Shown piece after piece: positions 33,601 through 48,600 of a stretch of DNA of 64,000 bases. How positions within the stretch are numbered: position 1 is the stretch's first letter; the number at the start of each line of letters is the position of its first letter. The DNA is from Balanoglossus misakiensis. Taxonomy: Eukaryota > Animalia > Hemichordata. Location: contig CM082598.2 in assembly GCA_040954595.2 (NCBI GenBank), positions 4,913,097-4,977,096 of the forward strand. The letters are read 5' to 3'. Below the pieces are notes generated by a model. It was not told the DNA's origin, did no database searches, and worked only from the letters and a program-made list of their open reading frames with translations. The position numbers and the translations under genes are program-made.

Positions 33601-36600
33601 CAGAATACAAATATATGTACTTAAAAAATAAAAACAATGTTCAGTTTTAATACCCACTGATGAGGGGAAACATCAGTTTCAAATTCTTTTCATGGGAGCG
33701 CTGTTTTTCTTTTTACAAGATAGATAGGTGATGTGTTTTGCTCTGTGAAAGACAATGGGGGGGGATTTCAAAATTTTGGCAGTTCGGAAGGGGGGGATTT
33801 GAAAATATTGGCAGTTCGGAAGGGGGGCATGTGAAAATTAGCGGTAAAAAAAATTGAATTCTCCCGCCCCCCCCTCCAGAGGTGTTTGTGAATGCAGCCT
33901 TAGAGTTTGATACCTATATTTTATTCATAGGATAATTCTTAAATTGATGATCCAAACATACTGCATAAAATTGAGTGTAAGTTAATCTGTCTATGTGTTA
34001 ATGTGTACACTACAATAGTTTACTGTAACAGTATATGACTGTTATAGTACAGTCAAATGTCTTAGGAGCAAACAACAGCTCACATGTGCAGCCGTTATAT
34101 TAGCAAAGCAGGGCTAAACACACACATTGCAAGCTCTGTCCTACCAAGGTACCCATTACCCCTGGGTGGGGAGAGGCAATGAGAAGTAAAGTGCCTGGCC
34201 AAAGGACACAACACCACAGCCATGCCGAGGCTAGAACCCACGATCCTCCGATCATGATTTCACTGCTCTAACCACTGCAGTATAACGCCTCATTTTCTCT
34301 TCATTTTTCCTGCACAGAACTTGCAAGAAGCCAACGAACAGCTACAGAAGCAGGTCGGCGAGCTGACCGAGAATCTCGGGAAAGCTGCCAAAGACATGGA
34401 CTCCATGTCGGATGACTACATGAAGCTGAAGATTGTCGTCCAGCAGACGGACAGCTTAGCTGAAAGTCTGCATAAGGAGAATGACATCTTGAAAGAGCAG
34501 GTCAGTGGATAGAAATTGAACAGTGAATTGAACCTTGAGGATTAAAGGTACACAGTCATCTATGCAGATTTAACCTCTGTTGGTTTGCCATGGAAAATTG
34601 AAATATATAGCCAATCAATTTTCAGTGATTGGCTATAGTGTGCCCACCACTTAGTCATTCAAAGACTTAGACTTTTGACCATATATGGGCACGTGTTAAT
34701 TAGAGATGACCGTATATATCTTAAACTGTGATAGATAGAATATTGAAAAGCTAATTATTTTAGCAATTTATGGTACTATCCCATCACAAAACAGTATTTC
34801 ATGTGACCAAATAGGAAAAATTTGATGAACGAGTCTTGTGTCAATTTATAAAAAGACAGGCATATTCTTCTTAGAAGTCGTGAAACAGGAACGAAAAAAC
34901 ACTGCCCTCAAGCAATGAAGTTTGTGGTAGCACTTTGAAGTAGCGAAGTCAGAATGAATGATTATATTTGTCTTAGTGTGACAAACCATTTGATGAGGAA
35001 GCTACCAAAATATTTCAATCACATATTTATAGCTCTCCACAAATCATGTCACTGTTTGTTGTGTCAACAGATTCGCGATCTGCATGACCAGATCGGAAGC
35101 AAGACTGATGCTGACGATGAAATCATGGGCGCGTTGAACGAAAAAGTTGACGAATGGAAAGTAAGTTGTGTTTTCATACATTTGGTTCTACCTTGTTCTT
35201 TGGAATTTATTGTTTCACCCATTTTTGTATGACTGAGCATGTGTATTCTATGAGTGCACAAGACAGGATGTTTTTCCTCAAAATTTCCATCACAAATATT
35301 GCAATAATTGAATGTGTTTCTGCGTCTTCAGGAAGCGTTGGCGGAGAAGGACGAAAAGATTGAGGAGCTGAATAAACTGTTGGGTCAACAACGCGATCAA
35401 CTAACACAGGCACAGATAGATACAGACAAGACGTCTGTAGTAGCGCTCTCACACGTAAGTACTCGCAAGTCAGTATTCTTCGATATCAAATGATGTCAGA
35501 TGGCTCAGAGTAGTTGGCATTCAAATTTCCATCTGACGAGCAACTTCAGCAACATCATGGTGCAGACAAAGACTGTGCAGACGAAATGCGATGAGGATGA
35601 TGAGGCACCATGCCTGATATAGTGATATATGTTACCTGTTTATACCTAAGGTACAAGCATACTCTACCATTGTAGAGAAGTTTTCAATGTAAAGAGGTGA
35701 CCACTAACTTATACTGTAACTGGCCTGTATAGACAGTATAGACATGTAAACTGCACACTGACAGTGGCCATTATAAAGAAGTTTCCAATGTAGAGAGGTG
35801 GCCACTAACACATGTTTGACTGAAATACTGTAACTGGCCTTTATAGACAGTTTGATTGATGCGCATGTAAACTGCACACTGACAGTGGCCATTATCAAGA
35901 AGTTTCCAATGTAGAGAGGTGGCCACTAACACATGTTTGACTGAAATACTGTAACTGGCCTTTATAGACAGGTTAATTGATGCACATGGTAACTGCACAC
36001 TGACAGTGGCCATTATAAAGAAGTTTCCAATGTAGAGAGGTGGCCACTAACACATGTTTGACTGCATCTCTGTGTTGCTGCAGGCTATACAAGAGAAGAA
36101 CCAGATGATCGAACAGCTGCAGCAACAGTTGCAAGAATATGCAGAGAAAATGGAGGAGGAGTCGGCGCTCCTTGACGACTTCAAGACACAAGCTGCAGCC
36201 GGGGGAGGTAAGAGAAAATTTAGTAGAAACAGGGGTTTAGTTGTTATGCTAATTGTCTGTGTTGGTTTTTGATTGGTTAGTGATGGGTATTTTGCAAATT
36301 AGGAGCGTTTTCTGAGACAAAACATGCAAAGTGTCTATGTTCAGCCTAATGATAGGAAATATGTGACTGTTTTGCTGATAATGAGGTGCTATGACAGTTA
36401 CCCCCTGGTCAAATTTACTTGTGTATTAAGGGTATGTCTTAATTAAGGACACCAAAATGTGTCCTTAATAGACAGGTTTAAAGCAATGCGTTTTGTAATG
36501 CCAAGTTTGCCTCTCAACAAACATAATTTTTAAAAGCTTTGAGTCCATTTGAGGATTTCTAGAAATTTCTCTGAGTCAGCTCTATCTATACCTTTGCATG

Positions 36601-39600
36601 TGGTGTTGATAATTTTCTTGAGTCACCAGTGAGTTTGTTGAGTCAGTGGCACGTCTTATGGGCTTAGAGGGCACACTGGTAATTCCGTACCTTACTTAAA
36701 ATACGTATTTGCCACTTTTTCTTCTAAAACATATACGTACTTAGACACACTCGGCAGTCTGAGCCCCCCGAAAAATGTACCAAATCGCACTGGTTTGCAC
36801 TGTATTGGTTTGAGGGTCTTGTATAGGCCCTACTGAATAAACACACTTGGCAGTCTAACAGGCCTGGGAGCCCGGATTCTAGGCACCCTGGAAATCACAC
36901 CAGTTTCAACCGACTTGGCAGCGTTAGAGTTAAGGACAGTTTTTCTGTTCCCATGTAGGCGTCCTCAATGAACAGGTTTAACAGCAATACTCTTAGTGAT
37001 GCTGTACTTTACTCTTTCTTTTGCATGGAAACAGCTCCGTCCATTCAACAGCAGAACACTATCCGACGTCTCCGCGGAACGATGAAACAGTTGGAGGTGG
37101 AAACCAAGGCGGCCGACGACCGGACCATCCAAGCGGAGACCGACGCCCGGGAGAAGGACAAGCAGCTGAACGACGCGTTGGCCAGAATGCGAGAGTATGA
37201 AGCAGTGAGTTTTACATGTAGTATTTGTTCTTGAGAGTGGTCCCCTTGTCTCACTGGGGGAGGGTAAGATAATAATAATAATTTTTAATTCTTAAAAACG
37301 CTTTCCATGTAAAAAGACATCCCAAAGCGCTGTACATCGCTGCTTAAAAATACAAAGACAAATAAAGTGCTAAAAATGTATAATAAAATAGACTATGGTT
37401 AAAATTGGATAAAAAGTCATTCCCTGAATAAAAACGTTTTGAGGTTTGATTTAAAAGATGTGGGAGATTATGGGGGGATTTTAACCCTTTTCCTGCAAGG
37501 GTTGTTACATGCCACGCTGCCAAGAAAATAAAATGCAACATTGGCCATTTTCCCTCTTAAACCTGTTTTGAACATCTCAGCATGGCTCATTTACATAATT
37601 TAACGGTCTTAGACACAGCTTGGCAGTATGAACCCTCGTAAAATGAACCAAATCTTACTGGTTTTGAGAGGGTCTTGTATAGGCCCTACTGAGTGACACA
37701 TACTTGGCAAGTTAACAGGCCTGGGTGCCTGAAGTTTAGGCCTCCTGGAAATCAAACCAGTTTCAACCAACTTGGCAGGGTCAGAGTTAAGAGTATATGT
37801 AGGATTTCAATCCACCTCTATATGTAATACACAATTCCTAAGTGTTTTAGTGTATACACTGATTATTTTTCATATCAATTGTCACATGGTTGATATTTTT
37901 CTCTCAAAAGGGTGAATACGGTCTTGCTGATGCAGTGCAAGAAATTAAAGATGGCAAGAAGCAGATTTCTGTCAGAGACAAGTAAGTTTTGATTTTCTCA
38001 AGCATCAAGGGGATTTCACAAATAGCTTTGCTTTGAGTTATGCTGCATAAGGGCACTAGACTTTATGAAAAGGGTGTCTTTATACAGTAAAAACCTGTCA
38101 TTACTAACACCTCTCTAATCAGGACACTTCTCTATTAAGGACAGATTTTTCAAGACAAAAGCCACAGTTTGAATAGAATATTACCTGTCTATTAAGGACA
38201 CCTTTTCCAGTCCCAGAGGTGTCCTTAATACACAGGTTTCACTGTATGTATTGTGCTTTGGAGAGTACAAACTTGAATGGTGCCTGTTGGCTACTTGTAA
38301 CATTGCAGCTTATCACTGACACATGCAATACTGTAAAACACTTTATTTTCGCGAGTTGAAATTTTCGCGATATCGAGAGAGGCCACTGTTTCGTGAGTAT
38401 TAATTTTCGCGTTCTTATTTCATTCACTGCATCGTTATCTTCAAAAAAGATTTACACGACTTTTTATTTTCACGCTATTTTGGCTCTCACGTATTTCGCG
38501 AAAATTAATTGCTCGCGAAAATAAAGTGTTTTACAATATCTGACAATGAAATAAATCGCTATTTTCCGCCACCTCAGGGATATCGAGAAACTGACCCAGC
38601 ACGTCAACAAAACGGAACTTCAGATGAACGAACTGATGGAAGAGAACGAGGATCTCCGGGAAAGGCTGGGTCTGGATCCCAAGGAACCGATCGATCTCAC
38701 GGACTTCCGCATGAACCGAGCCGTGCAGTCGCAGCAGGACCGGGCCATGAACCAGGTGCTCACCAAGGAGATTGAACGTCTGGAAGAAGAGAGGCTAGAC
38801 TTGAAGAAACAGATACGAAAACTGGCGGGGACTCGGGCTACTAGGTAATCATTTGTTTTTTATAAAGGGACAAAGTCTCTCTCTTGCTGCCTTTTTTTCA
38901 TTAATTATGTTTGATACAAGACACCGTTTATGTTATTCCATATGTGGATATATAGTGAATCAACGTTCAACCACACACAACTTCCATCCCGTTTGTAAGA
39001 TATGAGAGTAAAAATCTCGCCAAAATGAATAAATAGTAAACACCGATTATTCATTTGGCGACTTTTTCACTCTCGTGTCTACAAGTGGGATGGAAGGTAT
39101 CTGTGGTTGAACATTGATTCACTATATATTCACATGTAGAATAACATTAAACGTGTCTTGTATCAAACATGATTAATGGAAAAGGGGCAGCGAGAGAGAG
39201 ACTTTGTCCCTTTAATGGTGGGTGACTTTGACCCTCTCACCCCCAGTTCTCTCTTTGGCGGTCCAACTGTACCATAGAAAAAATGGTTCAGGCTCAACCA
39301 TGGTGGTGAAAGGGTTAATATTGACTGTAATTAAAGAAAAAACATGTATAATTAGCTGTAGCAGCATTGGTTCAAATAACATCATGATCAGCAGTCAGCA
39401 ATATTTATATCTATTTTAATCTCTGTCGCTGTCTGTCTGTCTGTCTGTCTGTCTATGTCTTTGTATCTGTTTCCTCCCCACAGAGGAGTGGCTGAAGGTC
39501 TGACCACCGACCAACTGGACGAAATTGACGACATGATTGTTGACATGAAGACCGGTAAAGGCAAATCGCCGAGGCTGGCAGACACTGTCAAACGAGCAAT

Positions 39601-42600
39601 GACAATGGAAAAAGACAAAGCTCTAGAAACAATACGCATTAAGGTAATCTTATTGTATTAAAATGACAATTGTCTCATTAGCAATGATGGTATTGTGGCC
39701 AGTAGAATAATGCTTGATTGATTGATTGATTGATTGATTGAATGAATGAATGAATGAATGAATGAATGAATGAATGATCAACCATGAATGAATCATAATT
39801 GATAATGACTGATTGATTTGTTAATTTTATTTGTTATTCATTTATTTATTCATTTATGTATTTGATCATCAACAACAGCATATGGCAATGTATAAAATCA
39901 GCATTTTTATTGTGAAAATTGAATGTGTTTGTCAACATGGTGTCTGATAGCCATATCGAAGATTGAATTGTCGAATCCACTATACTGAAATTTCATTGTG
40001 GATGTGTAATTAATTGCATTCAGCTAAACAGATTGCAGATTGAGTGAGTGTTTAACATTTAGACATAGGATATAAAATCACCATTGATTTATAAATTGGG
40101 ATTCATCTGTTGCATGATGGTTATAATACAAATTATAAATACAGTCAAACCTGTGTTAGTGGCCACCTCTGAATAGTGGCCACTATGTTACAGTCCCTGT
40201 GCAACTTACATGTGCATTAATTGACCTGTCTATAAAGACCACCTGTCTATAAAGGCCAGTTTATGAAAGTCACTTGACTGGCCACTATACACAGGTTTGA
40301 CTGTAAAAATAAAATATTAAAACCATATTTGTATATCGCAGGCCACGCAGATGGAAAAAGAACTGGACATGCAGGACAAGATTGCCGACAAGCTGAGAAC
40401 CCAGGTGAAGGAATTCGAAACCAAGAACAAAGATCTTAAAGACGAAAACCAGCTGCTGGAGAAAGCGGTGAGGGAGATCGTTGACGCCATCAAAGAAAAT
40501 CAGACGCAACCGGGCAGTGGTGCTGATGGGATTGTACAGTTACCAACATTGGAAAGACTTCTTGCTGTAAGAGTTTTACTTTGTTTTTTTTTACCTAGGG
40601 GATGGTTTAATGAGCATTGTAAAACACTGTTTTCCTTGCCAGACTAACATTGTATGACTGTGAGGTCCGGAAAATACATGTACATGTACATCCATTGCGA
40701 ATCTGGTGACTGGTATTTTAGCAATGGGTTATGCAAACCACAAACAGTGGTTAAGATACTATGTGAACTGCAATAGTTTCCTTGTTTGTTGTGTGTAGTT
40801 GTTGAAAAACTGAACAGAGAGTGGTATTTCAGAAGCGATATTTCCAAATACATGTACTGGTATACAGTGAAAAATATCACGTCTTTAAGATTTGCAGTGG
40901 GGAACCCATTTACCGCCATGGTTTAGTTCAAACCTATTGTTTTCTGTGGTAAGGTTGGACCTCTAAAGAGGGAACTGGGGGTGGAAGGTTTAATACTGGT
41001 TCTCCAGATGCCTGTAAAAATCTGTTAATATTTTTGTTTGGCAACAGATGATGGAGTCGCGAGCCACAGACGGTAAATACGACATGGGGATCTTCATGAA
41101 AGCACAGATTGATCAGCTGACTGGACGCAATGACGAACTCAGGCGAGAATTACGAGACGCGAGAACAGACTACGAGAAAACAAGATTGCAACTTGAAAAA
41201 GAAAGAACAAAGGTACTGTAAAACACTTTGTTTTTGCGAGTTGGAATTTTCGCGATATCGAGAGAGGACACTTTTTCGCGAGTATTAATTTTCGCGTTCT
41301 CTTATTTCATTCAGTTACCAGTAATTACATGATACAATTACCCTTGTCAACATAGCTTGTATGCATGTAACAGCCATTGTTATTGTTGACAAATGAATTC
41401 TAGTCCAGAATTGAATACAAATTTTGCACAAAAACAATGCTGACTATACACATACATGTATTGTGTTGATAAGCTAAATGCTGGGCATTTCATCATGTTT
41501 CAAGACTTTGAACAAGAAACTGCAGTAGATACACAAAACAAAAGTGCTTAAAACATAGTGGAAAGATACAGCTAATGGAGCTTTAAATACATATGTTATT
41601 GATGAAGTTTTGATATTTTCACAGGTTGAGAAACTGGACAAGGACTTGAAAGCCTTGAAGGAAGTCGGCAAAGGTGCCGTAGCCATCCAACAAATGCCAC
41701 TACCAGAAGGGATGGCCATTTCTAGTTCGGAGGTCATCAGTAGTCTGAATGAGCACCTTGTTCAGGTCATCCAGGTAAGAAATGTGATTGGATCGAACAA
41801 GTCACGTGACAGTCACATGACAATGATATGTGATATGGTTGGATGAAATCTGCCATGCTGTTCAATTTTATACATCACAGCGTTGGAAAAATTAAGCAGT
41901 GGTGTCAGGAGATATTGTTGTTTAACTGTACATGTTAGCATATGTGACGTTTTAATACATTTTTAATTTTCTCTTGACTTCTCTGAGTAGAAAACGAAGA
42001 AAAAAATGTACAGTAAACAAAGTAGCCCCCTTTCCCAGATATGATTGATACAAAACAAAATTGATGCCAGATAACATTTTTGCTGCCTGTTAAAGGGACA
42101 AAGTCTCTCTCTTGCTGCCCTTTTTCCATGAATTATGTTTGATACAAGGTACTGTTTATGTTATTCTACATGTGGATACATAGTGAATCAACGTTCAACC
42201 ACACACAACTTCCATCCCACTTGCAGACACGAGAGTGAAAAAGTCACCAAATTGAATAATTGGTGTTTACCATTTATATATCCACTATATATCCACATGT
42301 AGAATGACATAAACGGTGTCTTGTATCAAACATAGTTAATGGATAAAAAGCAGCGAGAGAGAGAGACTTTGTCCCTTTAATAGGATATTAAGTTGTACAT
42401 AAAAACAACAACAACAGCAAATTATTTTCTGGTATGTGTTTATTTTTTCTTCAGGAACTGACACTGAAAGAAGAAATGTTGAAGAAACTAGAAAACGGCC
42501 TGGACGTGTACAAGAGAAAGTTCGCTGTGATGCGACACCAGCAAGGCCTGGTCTACAGTGATTTCATGAACGAGAAGAAGGCTTGGGAGGGAGAAGTTGA

Positions 42601-45600
42601 GAAGTTGAAGGAAGAAAACAAGAAACTGGAAGGTCAGAAGGCGGAGGATGCGGTCAGGCTACAAGAATACAATGTGAGTGATGTGTCTGGATAGTGCAAG
42701 AGTTATACAGTCAAACCCGGCCTGTCTACAGTCAAACCCCTCTTAGTGGCCACCCCTATATAGCGGTCATTGGCCACTTTGTTACAGTCCCTGTGCAATT
42801 CACATGTGTGTTAATTAACCTCTATATAAATGTCACCTCTCTATAAAGGCTAGTGTAGGAAAGTCCCTTGACTGGTCACTATAGACAGGTTTGACTGGAG
42901 TCCCATGTTCTGCTCTGCTCTTTGCCTTATGTTGGAACATTCAGAAGTCAAAAAGCCTGTACAAACACAGCAAAAATCACGGCTGGCGGTTAATGTAATG
43001 TTTGATATCTCTCGTCAGCGTCTCCTGGAGACATTGCAAATGAATGGAGACGAGATGCAGAAGAGAGTGGCCAACTCCAGCCGCAAGATGACAGTTCTGC
43101 GAGTCAACGAGAAAGCGCTGACGAGACGCTTCACCATGGCAACAGAGGTGGAAGCCACTCTGAGAAAAGTAAGTGATGGTGAATCTTCTCTTCATGACAT
43201 TTTCCTTCCGGAAGGTCCCTTAGTTACTAGTTACATTCAAATGTATGTATGGATATGAAAACTAAAATGCAAAAAATATGAGGAGTGAATCTTGTGCTTA
43301 TACACTGCTTTGTTTTCTCTGCAGGAAAATAATCGTTTAAGAAACGAGATTGTGCAGATGGAAGCTGCAGTTACAGAAAGACTTGGGTACTTGCAAAGAC
43401 ATAAGGTATTATTGCCTGTATTTGTTGACCAATACTTTTAATTATTAATCAGCCATTATTGACCACTGATGTCATAAGCCTGTCAATGACCACAGTTTTC
43501 ATGATTTCTAATACACCCTGTTATCAATGAGCAGATGCATTATTACCCTATCTCTGAACCTCCAATTTCATTTATTGCCCTGTCTGTATTGACTCTGTAG
43601 GAAATGTCACAGTTCAAAGTAGCTGCATTACAGAGGGCGTTGGACGATACCGTCCCGGCCGCGGATCTAGAAGCAGCCAACAAGAAATACAACGAACTGG
43701 CAACTAAATACAGAGACTTGTTAGAAACAGACAATAAACTGGTGACCAGAAACGCCCACATTGATGGTTTAGAAGTAAGTGATACCCTTCTGTTAAAGGG
43801 ACAAAGTCTCTCTCTCGCTGCCCCTTTTCCATTAATTATGTTTGATACAAGACACCATTTATGTTAATGTACATGTGTATATGTAGCGAATGAACACTTG
43901 ATAACTGTTGATATTTATCAACAGCCTATGTGATAATCATTGATATTCTCTGATAATTTCAGAATGAAAACAAGAGACTGAATTCAGAAGTTGACATGTT
44001 GAAGAGTGAGCTATCAACAGGGAAAGAGAAACTGCACACACTAGAACAAGCCATGGAAGAAATCACCAGAATATCAGGTAAAAGAGTGTGTGACCTGTGC
44101 CCTATTCAACCTGTCTATAGCAGCCAGTCAAAGGGCTTTCCTAAACTGGCCTTTATAGACAGGTGGCCTTTATATACAGGTAAATTAATGTGCATGTAAA
44201 TTGCACAGGGACTGTCACAAAATGGCCACTATATAGTGGTGGCCAGTAATACACTGTACAAAGAAAACAGACTTATTCCCCTAGTAATATCGACAGACCT
44301 GCATCAGGATTTGTCTGCACCAGGTCTGTCACATGCATGCAGCATACCTGCCCTGTCATGTATGCTGCATGTCTGACAGGTAAGACCTGCACCAGGTCTG
44401 ATCCAGCAGACAGCTGCAGGTCTGCATCCATATCGCTGCAACATGACCTGTTGGTCGGACATGCACCGGACATGCACCAGACTAGACTCTCTCACAGCCC
44501 CTCTCGTCGTCCATGCAGGCTTATGGAAGGCTCGCTACACAACACCATATGGGGCTTCTCCTTTGCTAAACAGTTGAGGGCTTATCATAGTGAAGAGCCT
44601 TGTAGCGAACCGTGGGCTGTGAGAGAGTCTAGCACCAGACCTGGTGAACTCAAAAGTTGTGTTATCCATACAAGAGCATTGCTTGAACCTGGTGGTCGTC
44701 TTGTTTCAGGACGCACACCTCGTGGAGTGACCGACGGCGATTTCATCTCCATTTCCAAGAAGATCACGACCCTTGAAATGAAAGAGTTGAACGAACGTCA
44801 ACGCGCCGACCACGCTGTCCGAATGCACGAGACGCAGCGTAGAACAATCACCGAACTAGAAGAGAGAAATCTGGAACTGGAACAGAAGTTTGCAGAGGTA
44901 AATGGCCTTTATCTGGGCAGGATCTACTTACTCTTTTCGAAACACCTGACATCATTTCCAGTTTTTGCCAGAAGATCTTTCTTTCACTGACTCCTCTTTG
45001 TATATTTGTATATTTGCCCTATGAACTGTAGGATATGGATGGGTATGATCACAATTTTTCTCTAGCATCCTGAAAATGAAAAAAAGAAAGAAACTGAGAT
45101 TGATTAAAACTGGTTTGGTTTACAGGGGATGGGGTTAAATTTCTGGCATCCGGGCATGTTAACATCTGCCAAGTGTGTGTGACTCAGTGAAAATCAGTGA
45201 GATTTGGTTCATTTATAGTTTTAAGTGGCTACAGTAACACATTATAGAAATAATGGACGACACCCTGACCATTAACGTAACTGTTTATGGGCAAGGGCGA
45301 GGGGAAAGCCAAAAATTCATGGGCAAGGCTTCTGAGCCCATGAATTTTTGGCTTTCCTCGAGCCAACGCCCATAAACAAACGTTAATGGTCAGGGCGGAG
45401 TCGGTTATTTCCATTATATCACCAACGAACTCAAGAAAACCGTCAAAATTTACGAAAATGTCGCACGCGAAAAAAAAGGGGGCCCCGAACGTGTGTTACG
45501 CAAAATGTTGCATTCACTGAACTGTTTGTTAATATTACTATTCAGATTTACGGGCATGTAAACAAACCATTACTGAGTATTTGTGGTCAGTGAGGTTGTT

Positions 45601-48600
45601 CATCTCGACCAATCAAAATGCGACTCACAGACCATGGTAATATAATGTACATGTATTTTGTTGACTTCAGTTGACAAGGATGAACCTGGAGTCGCAGAAA
45701 GTGGAGAGAGAACTGAGAGATGAACTCGCCAACTGTGTCACCAAAGCAGTGCATGATGCAGCACTCAAGAAGATGGAAGGTCTGCAGAAACAGGAGATCA
45801 ATTTGAAGATTGAAAATTCCAAGCTGAAGGTATGTGTTCCACAGCCTTGTCAGTCCAAGTGTAAGACAGTTATTCCGCTGATAGGGTCCCATCCCAAGCA
45901 AAGAGTCCACCCTCTATCTGATGGCATTGGTGGCATTTTTCTGTAGATTGTGATGCTTCCTATTTTGACTGAGAGATTGATATATGGTGGATGCTACATA
46001 TGGGGCAGGGTGTGCTTACTATTTTCTGAATCACCTGACATCATTTCCTGGTGTTTTTGCCTGAGGTCAATATAGCTTTCTATCCTGCACTTGACTTTGT
46101 TCTGTGTGCTTTGTTTGTACTGTACTGTACTGTACTGTACTGTACTGTACTGTACTGTACTGTACTGTACTGTACTGTACTGTACTGTACTGTATTGTAC
46201 ACTGCTGTACTGTACTGTATTGACCAATTGATATTTGACCAATTCACAAATGTTTCGATCACTGATATAGTGATAAACACAACATGGTTTGATTGACAGG
46301 AAATGTCTGAAGTTGCATCTGCTCAGACAGAGGCTTTGGAAGCGAGACAGGTATCCCGCGAGAAGGAGCTCTCGTCGCTACGGAAACAGTTGATGGACAT
46401 ACAGACACAGAGCGATGAGAAGGCCATCATTGGTATGAAGTGTTAATCATTTATTTTCTCACATGTGTCATGACCAGTCAACTTTTAAATTAAATTCCCA
46501 CTGGGTGAATTCTTCTTACAATCATTTCAGTTTGACACAAGAAGTAAAAGACTCCTGGTTCACACTACAAAGACTTTTGGTACATAATAGTCACACTTTG
46601 TTCTTGGTCCAAGCTACATTATAAATGTAACCGTTTGGTACATTCCAGGAAAATTGCACCATCATATCGTGACATTGCAAGTGAGCGAGGGAACGGCCGT
46701 CAGGAAGTATGAACAAGCCCGGCAGAAAGTGAAGAAATTGCAGGCGCAAGTCTTGAGACTGGAACAGAAGTGTGATGAGAGGGAGCAGGCGTTGTATCAC
46801 AACAAAGTGGACGCCAGAAATAAATCTAAACATCTGAAAAGAACGATTCAGGTGAGTCTTTGTTGTTTTATCCTTCATCTAAGCAGCATCCACAATTAGG
46901 CACCAGATAGACCTTTGCTACTTACATGCGTGTTCCAGGATGGTTAATGATGTTTCCAGTCACCGACATAACAGATACCTGTACTGTATAATCCCTCGTT
47001 TAAAGGTATACAGTCACCTCCAATTTACATACGCCCATATATGGCTGAAATGGCATATTTGAGCGTTCTAAAGAACATGATGTTTCCAGGTGGCGCTCTT
47101 TTTTTCGCGTGTGCCACCCACTGAAAATCTGTGATTGGCTAGATCTCAATTTGCCATGGTAACTATTGCTAATTTTCCATAGGTGACTGTACACCTATAA
47201 GTTCCACCCAAATATGTGCAGTAAGTTGGTTATATTGTTTTAACTGACCTGTCAGTAGACAGACTTGTCACCCCAGAAGAAAGTTTGATATTATCCCATT
47301 TTAGAGACCACCAAAATTTGAACGTGTTGCAAAGTGGAGCTTAAGTGAAGGAGTATATGCTCTCATATCACAATCTTGTGTTTACACGCATATGTTATTT
47401 TACAACATGGGAATCTAAAATACCTATCTCCATTTCTCATGAAACTCAGGATCTGAGAATGCAGTTTTGTGGAGCGGTACCCCTCAGTCAACAGGAGAAG
47501 TTCTCGCGGGCCATGATTAAACTGAAACACGACAAGGAAAAAACTGAAAAAGAACTCAAAGTGGTAAGTGGGAAAATTGCGCTAGCTTGAAATTCACTTT
47601 CTCAGGAAAAAAAATTGCCATGTATAAGTACTCAATTTTTCACAAAAAACGGGAGGAAATCGGCAGAATTTCCAATATGGCATTTACTGTATTTCTCATC
47701 AATGGAAAAAGGCACCGTGTTTGACTTCCACCCGACATGATATGGGCAATACCGTTTAGCGGTAGGTGTCACTGCACGCCAGGCTGTATTTGCATGGCTG
47801 TTGTTCGAACTCTATTCTAATATTTTGCTTTATGCCCCACAGGCAAAATATGAACGAGAGAAAGTCGAGGATGAGCTGGCTGCGGTGGAACTGCAACACA
47901 GAGGCCTGCAGGAGTTGATCGAGACCATCAAAGATGGCCGCGGTGCCAGCAAAGTTGCCGAGTGGCACAGCAAGTTGCAGGAGATGAGACTGCAAGAACT
48001 GAAACAGAACCGAATGATCGATAAACTGAAAGGACAGGTTAGTGAAAACAGGGTTCTCTCTGCTTAGGTCGGGCTAGACTCTCTCACAGCCCACGGTTGG
48101 CTACAAGGCTCTTCACTGATGCGTCCTCAACTGTTTAGCAAAGGAGAAGCCCCATATGGTGTTGTGTAGCGAACACACATGCAATCAGTCCATAAGCCTG
48201 CATGGACGACGAGAGGGGCTGTGAGAGAGTCTAAGGTCGGGCCAGACCAGAACTCAAGTGAAAAAGCTAGCAGACAAAGGCTGCCAGCAGGCACTACTGT
48301 AAAACACTTTATTTTCGTGAGCAATAAATTTTCGCCAAATACGCGAGAGCCAAAATAGCGTGAAAATAAGAAGTTGCGTAAATTGTTTTTAAAGATAAAG
48401 ATGAAGTGAATGAAATAAGAGAACGCGAAAATTAAGTGTTTTACAGTATTTCGTACCCAATCTAGTCTGTTGTCTCATTTTGATACATTGATGAATGGGT
48501 TTCACTTGCCAGAGATGTGAATTTTAATGAGTATGAATATTAATGAGTATGAATATTAATGAGCGGCCAGAATCAGTCAAGCTGGTGAGAACACTATGAA

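Noticed and set aside
34215-34291. Possible tRNA gene on the minus strand
   Set aside because: No clean acceptor stem, and it continues into a SINE body.
40024-40043. Candidate 20-nt CEP290 microexon (CAG|CTAAAC...ATTGA|GTGAGT)
   Set aside because: The flanking exons join in phase 0, so inclusion would frameshift. Unsupported without RNA data.
44337-44990. 217-aa ORF as a separate gene
   Set aside because: Only 44710-44897 is a CEP290 exon; the rest is repeat-derived intron.
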